Part shown: positions 37,251-49,298 of the stretch, piece by piece
Position numbering within the stretch: position 1 is the first letter of the stretch
Layout of the letters: the number at the start of each line of letters is the position of its first letter
Assembly: GCA_976551045.1 (NCBI GenBank)
Contig: CDPCPM010000014.1
Span: 12,958,001 to 13,022,000 of the forward strand
Reading direction: 5' to 3'
DNA from: Glaucostegus cemiculus
Taxonomy: Eukaryota
DNA: 64,000 nt
Program-made: the position numbers and the translations under genes
Notes under the pieces: model-generated
Databases searched by the model: none
What the model saw: only the letters and a program-made list of their open reading frames with translations
What the model was told of the DNA's origin: nothing

Positions 37251-37484
37251 CAGTGATGAACAACATCTAGTTCATGAGCCACATTTGGTTTGAGGAGTGA
37301 TTTCATCTGGCCTGCCCCAGGTGAGTGGTGGCTCACGCAAACTTTCTATTCTCCTACCTGCGCTCACCAGTGATGAACAACATCTAGTTCATGAGCCACA
37401 TCTGGTTTGAGGAGTGGTTTCATCTGGCCTGCCCCAGGTGAGTGGTGGCTCACGCAAACTTTCTACTCTCCTACCTGCGCTCAC
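37251..37484. repeat. tandem duplication, 2 x 117 bp
   Basis: Units start at 37251 and 37368; 3 mismatches seen. Confidence 0.95.
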
Positions 37485-38469
37485 CTGCAGTGGCAAACTT
37501 GGTTCCCAAGCCAGTACTGAATTGGTGAGCCCTTGTACAGAGGAGCATAGATGAAGAAGTTGCAAGCCCTGTGCCCAAAAATGCACTGACCAGTGCCAAA
37601 GTCACACCATCAAGCTCAGCAACTGCTAAGATGGTCAAAAGACTTTGAAGGTCAGTGAGTGTCCTTGACATTCACAAACATGGAAAATATTTAAGAATAG
37701 TTTAAAAAATTATATATTGATCATACCACTAGATCATTTGATTAAATTAAAAATATTCTGCAATATTTTTTAATTAATTTAAATACATAAAACACAAAAC
37801 AACTAAGTTAATTCAATTAACTCTAAATATAAAATTTACTTGAACCTTGGTGCTTTCCCTCAAGGATAAATTGATTGACTGTACTTGACAGAAGGTTGAC
37901 ATTTGATTGAATGTGGCATCACAATATCCTGCTAAAAATTAAATTAATGGACATCAAGAGGAAAACGTTCTAATAATTGGAGTCAAATTCCATACAAAGG
38001 AAGATGGATTTGTTTATTGGAGGTCAATCATTGCAAGTTACAGGAAATCATTGCAGATGTTCTTCAAATCAGTGTCATTATCCCAACAATCTTCATAAAT
38101 GACGTTCTTCCAACTCAAGTTGAAAAGTGGGAATATTCATGAATGATTATGCATGTTCGATTCAATTTACAGCTCCTTGGCAAATAAATTATTTCATTCC
38201 TCATGAGTGTGACAACATTCAGGCCTAGTCTGTTAAATGGCATTTAATATATGAGCCATACGTGTACCAGGCAGAACTATCTCCAACAAGAGAAGGCCTG
38301 ACCGTCTACCTTGACATTCAATGCTATTCCCATTGCTGAGTGTCCAACCACCAACATCCTGGGGATCACCAATGACCCCAAACTCAGCTGGATCAGTCAC
38401 ATAAACATTATGGCAACAAAAGCAGGTCAGAGGCTGAGTAGTTTGTTGCAAATAACTCATCTCCTGACA

Positions 38470-38975
38470 CACAAGAAAACAGCAGCAGGAGTAGGCCACC
38501 TGGCCCCTCAAGCATTCAATATGTTCATGGCTGACTCATGCTGGCCTCAAACTCCTCTTCTGTACCGGCTCCCCATAGCCCTCAATTCCCTCATCTTTTG
38601 AAAATGTAGCTACCTCCATTTTAAATACTTCTAATGATCTAGCCTCCACAACCTTCTAGGGTGCAGAATTCCAGAGATTCACCACCCTCTGTTAAAAAAA
38701 AGAATTTCCGTGCACCCCCATTTTAAATGACCATCCCCTTATCTTGCAACTATGCCCCCATGTTCAAGACCCTCCCACTGGTGAAAGCTACCCAACACCT
38801 ACCCTCTCAAGCACCCTCAGGATCTTATATGTCTCAATAGGGTCACCTTTCATTCTTCTAAACTCCAAAGACTACAGACCCAAACTGTTTAGACTTGATA
38901 GGACAAGCACCTCATCCAAGAAATTACCCAAGTGAATCTCCTTAGGACTTCCCCTAATGCCACTGTATTCTTTCA
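38470..38975 (-). mobile_element. nested CR1 3' end
   Basis: gcaggagtaggccac...gaattccagagattcaccaccctctg...cattcttctaaactcca. Confidence 0.8.
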
Positions 38976-39169
38976 ACTATCTACAAAGCACAATTCAGGA
39001 TTGAGATGGAATACTCTCCACTTTCCAGCCTTAGACTAGCTTCAATAATCCTCAAGGAGCTTGACATAATCCATTACAAAACCAATCTGTTTAGCATCAC
39101 CTCCGCCATCCTAAACATTCATTCTATCCACCACCATTGCACCGTAGCTGCAGTGTGTATCATCTGCTT

Positions 39170-39487
39170 AATAAGACCATAAGATATAGGAGTAGAATTA
39201 GACCATTCGGCCCATCAAGTCTGTTCTACCATTCAATTGTGGCTGATTCTTTTTTCAACCCCATTCTCCCGCCTTCTCCCCATAACCCTTAACCCCTTTT
39301 TTCATCAAGAACCTATCAATCTCTGGCTTAACTGTACCTAATGACTTGGCCTCCATAGCTCTCTATGGCAACAGATTCCATTGTCTTAAGAACTTCCTCC
39401 TCATCTCAGTTCTAGAGGGATGTCCTGAGGCTGTGCCCTTGGATCCTAGACTCTCCTACTAATGGATGTATCCTCTATCTAGGCCTG
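39170..39487 (-). mobile_element. nested CR1 3' end
   Basis: ataagaccataagatataggagtagaattagaccattcggccc tail. Confidence 0.8.
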
Positions 39488-40689
39488 CAGTATAATGCAC
39501 TGCAGTTACTTGTATAGCCCTTCCCAAGCCCATAGTCTTCAGTACTAAGGACAAAGGCACACACGTGTGGGAACACCATTGCCTGCAGTCTCCTCTCCAA
39601 GACACACATCATCTTGACTTTCTATTGCTAGTCCTTCATCATTGCTGGCCTTAAATCCTGAAACTCCCCACTTTACCAGAAGGGCTGCAGCAGTTCAAGA
39701 AGGTAGCTTACCACCATGTTCTCAAGGGGAATTAGGGATGGACAATAGACACTAACCTTGCCAGTAAGAGCCACATCCTGAAAAACAATGTATACTAAGC
39801 TATAAACTCCAACTCATTGAAATCACATCTGCATCGATTTCCCAGCATAACTACTAGGAAACTGCAAGAGTATGACACTGTAATTGGATAGAAGATTCCA
39901 ACATTGAAGCAGCAAGGACCTCTCAGGAAAATTGAGACTTTGTGTGAGTGGATCTCAGAAATCATTTAGATTATCACTCCGTCCTGCCTGCAAAAAAAAG
40001 TAGCGTGCTATTGACACAAAGAAATGATTTTCAGAACATAAAGTATCCAGCTACGATTGTCTGATCTAGTATTTTTTGTTCAAAGACAGGAAAGGAATGA
40101 CAGAATTTACAAGATAACTAGAAATTCTTTCAACTGACAAAAATGCAACCCTGCCACAAAAAGAAGCCATGTTTAATTTCTTACTGGACTATTTGGGGAA
40201 GGCATGTTTCTGGTATTTGCTTAATATCCTTTCTGAATTATTGTCATTGTGCAATATTTTTAACATAGCTTTCTAAAAGAAATCATGAATGAATTCCTCT
40301 GTTTATAAAAGTGGATCTTAAATCAGTAGTTTGTAAATTATCCCAGGAACAAATGTGCAATTTTGGCATTTTTGAAGTGGGCCTTCAAAGAATTAGCCAT
40401 TCAAAATGATTGTACTGAAAGAAGTATGTTCCCTTGTAGTACAGCACCATAGGCATCAACCACTTACTGAAGACAAAGAGGAAAGAATCCTTAACACTGG
40501 GGTATTATAACTGTACACGAGGGTAGTGTTATCAATGTCATTCAGAGGTTGTGTCAAACCATACCACTACCATAGACCTCCCACCAATATTTCCACTCAG
40601 ATATACACCCCCACTTTTAAAGCATTATAATGGGGCTTGCATTATGAATGTTAATATTATTCAGTTAATAAAATAATACATTTAGGAAA

Positions 40690-41560
40690 CTAAAATGATC
40701 ACGGTCAATTAACTAGAAGTATAATAAGAATTACCTTTTGCCCCATGTGTGCACCAGCCTCAATTTATCATTTCACAGCATCACCTGTAATTACTTCATT
40801 GGTCTGTTGCAAAGTGCTGCGAGATTTTTTTTTGGCCCTCATGAAATATCATTAATGTAATTAATATCATGCACTGAGGGATCTTGCATGGCCAGGCAAT
40901 GCACAATGACAAAACTCAGTCCAAGAGCCAGTTTATTTTCCAGCTGCTGACATGTTTAACAAGGAGAGCCTCGTGAACTGTGTTTTGAGGAGAAAAATCC
41001 CTTCTACTAAAGTCTAAACAGTGAAAGTGAAACAATTCATTGCAATACAAAGATTTTTCAGAATAATCAGTAGCTGTTATTCAATGTTTCAGAGCCATTT
41101 CAGTTGGGAACCAGATGACTGCTCAGTGCTCAGATACATTAATTGAATCAGATGGGAAAATTAATAAAATCACTGGCTTCCTGCCAAATGTGCATTGTTA
41201 GCAGGGTTAACGGCCTCCTTTTTGCATGTACTCTGGCTTTGTAAACTAGTGCCATTGCCTGCTGTTAAAATCTTTTCTTTGCTGCCTTTTGCTAATTGTA
41301 ATGAGTGTAATGGGTATAATGAATAAGAAAAGAACACTGGAGAAACAGATGGGCAAAGACTCTGGAAAGGTTATTTGCATGCCTGCTGTAAAATAATTAC
41401 CTCTGTGCTCTGTTGTTGATGTGTTTGCATGAAAAGGAAAAAAAATATTCTCTCGTCTGGCAGTGAAAGGCAAATTATCATTCATTCCCAGTGCAATCAA
41501 ATTAAACAGGTGCTGGTTGTTGAAAATCATAAAATAACATAAAAGATAAAAAGGTTCTTT
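40690..41560. promoter_or_regulatory. candidate cluster of conserved non-coding elements
   Basis: Repeat-free and dense in TAATTA, ATTAAT, TGACA and ACAAT motifs, e.g. tcatgaaatatcattaatgtaattaatatcatgc. Confidence 0.45.
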
Positions 41561-44547
41561 TTCACATATCACATCACTTCTAACTATTACATTTTGCTGT
41601 TTATGTAGCTTAATGAAAATGGTTAAGGTTTTCTTCTGGACATTATGTATTCAAATCACAATAAATGTTCTGTTAAAGGCATCCTCATTGAATTCAAGGG
41701 CAGGCAGTTATAAATGTGTTAATAGTCATTCCCAAGTCATTGTTGAGCTTTGTCCTTCAGCTGTTGGTTGGCCACAGTGGAGAACAGAAATTATTTCCCT
41801 TGCTTATGCATCCGGTGATTGCGGCAATCAGTGGAGACTTTTGTCATGTTTTTGTTCATACAGTATGTTCATTTATTTATAGTTTTTGTTGCAAGTTGTT
41901 AATTGACTATGTTACTTAATTCCTCTCTCAGCTTGGTACAATTAATGAACAAAAGTGAAGAATAACTGCAGAAAATTTGAACTGTTTTTGTTCATGTTCC
42001 ACCCATGGTAATAACATTAAGAATCCTCACAGCAGGTGTGGTCTGGGCTAGCTGCAAACCTGTGGTCTCCTGATTTACACTTTGTAACACACATCGGTTG
42101 TTACATTAGCAAATCAACCTTCACCATCTACCCCAGATGAAATGCAAGAACATCTTCTCCCCTCATGACCTGGAGTGTCAAATCAGTGGCAGAACACCAA
42201 AATGAATTTATATATTTTGCCCCATGGACAAGATTGAGTTCATCCAACTTTATCCATCAAAGCTCAGTGGAGAATTTCAATTTGACTCTCTTTACTTTAC
42301 CTGGAATGGGTATCTCCAGGTTCAATGTCAGCCTGAGAGAGTGACTGTCAGAAGGACAGCAACGAACCTCTCATATATCTGGCTATTTATAATCAATTTT
42401 GTACCGGTGTCTAATAGCCACTCTCGGAAATCCTGTGACATTATTTTGAAATCATCCATTGTGCATCAGCATTAGCTAATCTGATTCAGCTCATAAGATG
42501 TTATAAAGGTAGACAATGATTTCATTACAACAGAACCCAGACAGCAAGGCCATATGATTCATCCAACCAGAAAAAAAGTTGGAAAGGTCCATTAATAGGT
42601 CTCATCAATAAAAAAATGTTGAAGGCAACATAGCCTATAAATAGCATTATTGTTTCTGTTCTATATATCAACAGTGTAAAATGCACAGACAGCGGGCTGA
42701 ATTTTGATCCCTCCTGCCAGTGGAAAAGGTGAACTGTGCAGAATATCCCACCGTGCTGCTGTTATCTCAAATTTGCTGAGGTTGTCCGAAAAGGCAGCAG
42801 AGGAGGGCAAGCAGCTAAATTAAATGTTTGATCAATGATGTCAATAGGACCTCAGTGTTACTTTGGGACTGTCAGAATAAGCTGGAAGCCAGCCCAAATT
42901 GGAGCACATGGTTAAATACATTTTATCCTTGCATACTGCTGCTCCAGCACTCTCTTCCTCCAGAGTTTTCTTCCACTTCCCTTGTAGACTTCTCCACCGG
43001 TATTGTGGCGGCTCAGAAATGGCAGCTTTTAGCTACAGCACAACATTCTCACATTAATGAGACATTCCCTTCAAAATGGACTACATTTACAACCAGTACT
43101 ATTGAGGGACTGGCTTGCTCAATCTATCAACAAGCTTCCCAATGTCCATTCACACTGATGGAACTTCAGGGGATGAGGTAAAGTTGGGTGAGTGGGAAGT
43201 TAATGCTGACTATTCGTGCATATTTGATTTTAGCAAAGTAAGACTAGCAGAATTAATTTTTTATGAAATTGCATTCAAAGAATAAGTCATCTTGTCTGAT
43301 GTGGCTTTGCTATAGCATGGTTAAAGAAGTGTTGAAAACCTATAAAGGAAGTTCATCTCCGAGTCAGAACTGGTAATCTTACCGTATAGTCACAGTGGTG
43401 TATTATCTTCTGAAATTCATTGCATTGAAGTCAACAGAATCAAATTTCAGAGCCAGAGCTTAATGCACTGATGCCACTATACAGCACATTTAGTACCACC
43501 AACCAGGGATGAAATTCTAGATAAATATATTTTTCAACAGGCAGGCAAAATGGAAAGGATCATCCTTTTTCTTCTGCAAGTTAGTCGGTGTTACCACCTT
43601 TTGGGCACTCATTCATTTTAGTCTTCATAAGATATTGATTTTTTACAAAACACTAATGGATCACAGGAGTAGGCTTGCAGGGCCATCCTTTGGCAGTTTG
43701 CATACAAAATCTGTGAATTCTTACTGCTCGTAAGAAAAATGAAAATTAAATATCACTAAAATTCAATGAAGTAATACAATGGAGGTGTCCACTTCCATCA
43801 CTCCCTTGTGACATTCATTCTTTATTCTGTGTTTTGGCTGCAGCTTTACTATGAATTGCAATTAAATTCAATCTAATTACAATGTTACCTATGTTAAAAT
43901 GAATGAATATCACAAGCATAGAACAATCATGTGTATGCCATTGCTTTGAAATACTTTTCTGATGATTCTACCTTGAAAAAGAGTTCTGCAGTGAGCTGAA
44001 AAATCCAGAATGAACTGCTGGAAAGAGTGCTGGTGTAGTCAAAAGGAAACTAGGCATGTTCTTGAAAATGAAAAGCTTCTGTGTCTATATGGAATAAACA
44101 GAGCAGTGGGACTAATCAGTCTTCTTTTGGACTGAATGATTCAATGATTCCATAAAGATTAGTTGTTTTGGTAAATGATTATATTTTGAAAAAAGGACAT
44201 TGTTAGATGAAATCATGGCTTGGATGAGTGGGTAGCAAAATTTCAATGTGAGTTCAGGAATATAATTCTTTTCCTGGATGTAAATTCCACAGTATCTACT
44301 TAAAGCAACAACTGGTGTCCTGCCCCACAGTTAGCTTGATTGACAGTCCTGGCCTTCAATCAGACTATAAGTATTCTGGAGCTGTCTACAGGAGCAGGCC
44401 ACAGGACAAGGTAGGTCCCATCCATGGAACGTGGAGAATGTAGGAATCTGATCCAGGGTGAGGTGAGCAATCCCTGACCCAGAGGTTTTATTTTAATGCC
44501 TGATCTTAGTGGATCATAGGTGTCTCACTTCCATCCCTCACAGACAT

Positions 44548-45062
44548 ATACAAAGACCGTTGTGTGAGGAAGACCAAAAGCATAATGGCCAACCCTTCTC
44601 ACCCCTCGCACCATCTCTTCACAATTTTGCCATCAGGGAGGAGGCTTAAATGTATCAGGGCAAGAACGTCCAGGCTGAACAATAGCTTCTTTCCGCAAGC
44701 CATCAGAACTGCAAACTCACTCATCCCTCCATCTTCCTTTGTTAACACTAAGAGATGCTAGGTGTACAGAAATGCACCAGCACTTTAAATGCCGACACCA
44801 GCCCGTTCACTTTAAGAACTATCTATTTATTTATTTACTCGCCATTTTTAATTTAATCTGCGTAATAATTCAATTTCAATCTCCATAGTTTCTAATGTGT
44901 AATGTTTTGTACTGTGTATTCTGCCAAGTGTGTATGTGTCTCTCTGTTGGTTGTTATGTTATTCTTTTTTTTATGGGACGAGCACCTGAGGAGGACGGTA
45001 TCTCGCTCCTATGCATACCATGTATGTATATGGTTGTGACAATAAAACTGATTCTGATCTTG
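44548..45062 (+). mobile_element. Rex1/Babar LINE 3' end
   Basis: ORF 44564-44761 reads PSHPSHHLFTILPSGRR..RTSRLNNSFFPQAIR; tail gtgacaataaaactgattctgat. Confidence 0.85.
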
Positions 45063-45521
45063 ACAGATGGGGAAGGAGAGTAGGGGGTGTGGCTGGAAGG
45101 GTTTGAATTTCAGGGAAGGGTATGAGATTCCTGAGCTCTGGTGAGGTGGATGCCAAAAGATCCCAAGGAGTTCTGATCCCAGACACTTGGGGGCTTTCTA
45201 TTTATGATGGCTCGTGTATTGCACTGTATTTGTTACCTTCTCCTTTAAGATATCCTCACCTTGCTGCCACCATTGGGTTTCATGAGGTTTTGGAAAAAAG
45301 CTACAAGGCAGGCTTTAAGCTTCAAAGACATATTTAAAGTAGCAACCACACCCTGGGAGTTAATTGGTTCCCTTTCTCTCTGCCTTAGAAAAACCCAAAA
45401 TTTAGTGATTGGTGCCATTATCCCAATGTTTTGTTATATGAACATAAAAAGATAAAAACAAAAGGAGTGGTAGGTTGTATAACCTCTTGAACCTGCTCAT
45501 CTGGTCAACAGGAGCATGGCT

Positions 45522-45718
45522 GAAAAAACAAGATGCTGGAGGAACTCAGCAGGCCAGGCAGCATCTGCGGAAAAAAGCAGACAGTCAATGTTTCGAGTCA
45601 GGGCCCTTCTTCAGGAGATGTTGACTGTTTTTCACCACAGATGGTGCCTGCTGTGTTCCTCCAGCATCTTGTTATCTTTTTAATCTAGATTCCAGCATCC
45701 GCAATCCTTTGTCTCTCT
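45522..45718. mobile_element. palindromic Penelope-end unit with hammerhead-like core, inserted in an old CR1 tail
   Basis: aacaagatgctggaggaac pairs with gttcctccagcatcttgtt; minus strand reads CTGAAGA-agggccctgactc-GAAAC. Confidence 0.8.
45582..45614 (-). ncRNA. type I hammerhead ribozyme core remnant
   Basis: CUGAAGA...GAAAC-AUU-gacug. The core is intact, but stem II is imperfect, the stem III palindrome is mutated and the 5' arm of stem I is displaced. Confidence 0.5.
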
Positions 45719-45989
45719 AGGAACATGGCTGATCTGCAATCTCAGCTCCAATTTTCCACCCTAACACTCTTTTTTTTGATATCTAAAACATCTCAGACTC
45801 AACAAACAGGCATTAACGACCCTCTGGAGTATAGGGTTCTGAGGATTCTCAGCCTTCTGAGTGAGTGTTTCCTTGAGACCTCAGTGCAAAATGTTCCAGC
45901 CTTCATCCTAATGTTGTATGCTTGAGTTTTTTTCAAGTGTTTGCTGAGAAGCTTTTTCCTACTCAGGGTCTATGTCAAGAATGAGAAAG

Positions 45990-46855
45990 TCTAGTTAATG
46001 GGATTAGAGACAGGATGCAGAGTTGGGCAGGGAAGTGGCAGATGGAGTTCAATCCGGCAAAGTGTGAAGTGATACACTTTGAAAGATCAAACTTGAAGGA
46101 GTGGTACAAGGTTAATGGCAGGATTCTTAGCAGTGTGGAGAAACAGAGAGATCTTAGGGTCTAAGTCCATAGATCCCCCAAAGTTCCCATGCAGGTTGAT
46201 AGGGTGGATAAGAAGGCGTATGGTGTGCTGGCCTTCATTAATTGGGGGATTGAGTTCAAGAGCTTCTAGGTAATGTTGCAGCTCTGTAAAACCCTGGTTA
46301 GATGACACTTAGAATATTGTGTTCAGGTCTGGTTACCTCATTATAGGAAGGATGTGGAAGCTTTAGAAAGGGTGCAGAGGAGGTTTACCAGGATTAGAGA
46401 ACATTTCTTATGAGGAAAGGTTGAGCAAGCTACATTTTTCTCTTTGGAGTAGCAAGAAGATGACAGGTGAGTTGATAGAGGTGTATAAGATTATGAGGGG
46501 CATAAACCAGCACCTTTTCCGTAGGGTGGCAATGGCCAGTGCCAGAGGATATCAGATATAAACTTACCTCCTCTGACCTTCGTCAGAGGAGGTAAGTTTA
46601 GGGGAGGTGTCAGAGGTAGGTTTTTTTTACACAGAGAATGGTGGGTGCCTGGAATGAACTGCTGGGGGTGGTGGTAGAGACTAACAATAGGGACATTTAA
46701 AAGACTCTTAGATAGGCACATGGATGTAAGAAAAATGGAAGGTTATGGGCTGTGTAGGAGGGAAGGGTTAGATTGATCATAGAGTAGGTTTATATAGGTT
46801 GGCACAACATCGTGGGCCGAAGGGCCCATACTGTGCTGTACTGTTCTATGTTCCA
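45990..46855 (+). mobile_element. CR1 3' portion
   Basis: Encodes [23 protein letters not shown]; tail gggccgaagggcccatactgtgctgtactgttctatgttc. Confidence 0.9.
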
Positions 46856-46914
46856 TACGCCCTGAAAAGAAACTTCAGAATCTTCTGTGTTTCATTGAAA
46901 TTCTTCAGATAATT

Positions 46915-47712
46915 AGTATTTGGTTTATTATTGTCACATGTACTGAGGTACAGTGAAAAACTTTATTTTGCATGCCATCCACAAAGACTATTTCACCACA
47001 CAGTACATTGAGGTAGTACAAGGGAAAAACAATAACAGAATGCAAAATATCATGTTACAGTTGCAGAGAAAGTGCAGTGCAGGCAGACAGACAATAAGTT
47101 GCAAGGCCCATGACAAGTCCATCCAATTGTACAATAATAGCAGGATAGAAGCTGTCCTTGAGCCTGGTGGTACAGGCTTTTGTATCTATTGCCTCATGGG
47201 AGGGGGGAGAAGAGAGAATGTCCATTGTGGGAAGGACCTTTGATTATGTTGGTTGCTTTTCTGAAGCAACAAGGTGTCGACAGAGTCTATGGAGGGAGAC
47301 TAGTTTTCATGATGTGCTGAGCTGTGTCCACATCACTCTGCAGCTTATTGAGGTCTCAGGCAGAGCAGTTGCCATACCAGGCTGCAATGCATCTAGATAA
47401 GATACTTTCTATGGTGCATCTATAAAATTTGGTGGGGGTCAATGGGGACATGCCAAATTTCCTTAGCCTCCTGATGAAGTAGAGGTGCTGGTGAGCTTTC
47501 TTGGCCGTGGCATTTACATGGTTGGATCAGGACAAGCTACTGGTGATGTTAATACCTGGGAACTTGAAGCTCTCAAACATCTCCACCTCATTACCATTGA
47601 TGTAAACAGGAGTGTGTGCACCACCCTGTTTCCTGAAGTGAATGACCAGCTCTTTTTGTTTTGCTGACAATGAGGGAAAGGTTTTTGTCATGACACCATG
47701 TCACTATGCTAT
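46915..47712 (-). mobile_element. Rex1/Babar LINE, 5'-truncated
   Basis: Minus strand encodes WCHDKNLSL..ESFKFPG..RRLRKFG; tail gtacatgtgacaataataaacc. Confidence 0.85.
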
Positions 47713-47892
47713 TTTCCATCTATTTTCCATGTGATGGTTACCGTTCACTTAGTGTAAATGGTGCTTGAGTCTGTATGCTGGGGGAAGGGAAAAGAGATGG
47801 ATTCCACTTTCTTACATGTTCAGGCATCTAACTGGTGACTTGAACTGTGTAATGCCTTCACATTTGCAAACTTTTCATATGGAGGAACACCC

Positions 47893-49000
47893 AGACTCAA
47901 CACCTCCCTCGGTAACTGGATCCTTGACTTTCTAACAAACAGACCACAATCAGTGAGGATAGGCAGCAATACCTCCGGCACAATTATTCTCAACACTGTT
48001 GCCCCACAAGGCAGCATCCTCAGCCCTCTACTCTATTCCCTATACACTCATGACTGCGTGGTTAGATTCTGCTCTGACTTCATCTACACGTTTGAAGATA
48101 ATACCACCGTTGTGGGCTATATCTCAAACAGCGATGAGGCGGAGTACAGGAAGGAGATAGAGAGCTTAGTGGAATGGTGTCATGACAATAACCTTTCCTT
48201 CAATGTCAACAAAACAAAAGAGCTGGTCATCGACTTCAGAAAAGGGGGCGGTGTACATGCACCTGTCTACATCAATGGTGCTGAGATCGAGAGGGTTGAG
48301 AGCTTCAAGTTCCTGGGAGTGAACATCACCAACAGCCTGGCCTGGTCAAATCACATAGATCGCACAGCCACGAAAGCTCACCAGCACCTCTACTTCCTCA
48401 GGAGGCTAAAAAAACATGGTTTGTCCCCCTTGACTCTCACCAACTTTTACCAATGCACCATAGAAAGCATCCTATCTGGATGTATCATGGCTTGGTATGG
48501 TAAATGCTCTGCCCAGGACCACAAGAAGCTGCAGAGAGTTGTGGACACAGCCCAGCACATCACAGACACCAGCCACTCCTCCTTGGACTCTGTCTTTACC
48601 TCTCGTTGTCTTGGTGTAGCAGCCAGCATAATCAAAGACCCCACCCACCCGGGACATTATCTCTTCTCTCCTCTTCCATCAGGTAGAAGATGCAGGAGCC
48701 TGAGGGCACGTACTGCAAGACTTAAGGACAGCTTCTACCTCACTGTGATAATGCTATTGAATGGTTCCCTAATACAATGAGATGACTTCACGATCTATCT
48801 TGTTGTGACTTTGCACCTTATTGCACTGCACTTTCTCTGTAGCTGTGACAGTTTACTCTGTTTTTCACCTGTACTACATCAATGCACTCTGTACTAACTC
48901 AATGTAACTGCGCTGTGTAATGAATTGACCTGTACGATTGGTTTGCAAGACAAGTTTTTTACTGTACCTCGGTACAAGTGACAATAATATACCAATACCA
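47893..49000 (+). mobile_element. Rex1/Babar LINE, 5'-truncated, with 275-aa RT ORF remnant
   Basis: ORF 47953-48780 reads [23 protein letters not shown] (degenerate FADD)..[16 protein letters not shown]; tail gtacaagtgacaataatatacc. Confidence 0.92.
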
Positions 49001-49298
49001 AAAAAGCGTCCTATAGTTTACCTGTAGTATTAGGTTGCCTGTTATCTTCTTGCCTATATAAAATGCATAGTTAGCAAATTGATTCCAGTAAAAGCACCTA
49101 GTACACACTGCCTTAAACTACAGAGTGCTCCAAGTAAATTGGCATGGCTGCATTTTGATCAATTTTAGAGGTTCAAGAGCTTAGACACAAAACTTCAAAG
49201 AAACTTCTATTCAAAGTTCTTTGTTAGCTTATGAAAGGCCCAAAGGATTTTTGACTGCTGTGTAAGCCCACCTTAACACTACTCTGTAGTTGAGCTCC

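Larger units (their letters stand above)
37860..39790 (+). mobile_element. old CR1-group LINE (RT to 3' tail) with two nested antisense CR1 ends
   Basis: NILGITNDPKLSWISHIN..ATKAGQRL; tail ggggaattagggatggacaata...gccacatcc. Confidence 0.75.

Noticed and set aside
37251-37484. C/D-box snoRNA pair or CRISPR-like repeat (TGATGA near unit start)
   Set aside because: No terminal CTGA box or stem, and no spacers; a simple tandem duplication.
42690-43210. Possible MITE-like element (also ~3060-3360, 63540-63740)
   Set aside because: GC-richer blocks that look repeat-like, but I could not define terminal repeats or a TSD.
47953-48780. Longest ORF (275 aa) as a functional gene
   Set aside because: It is a 5'-truncated Rex1 RT with the catalytic motif mutated to FEDN.
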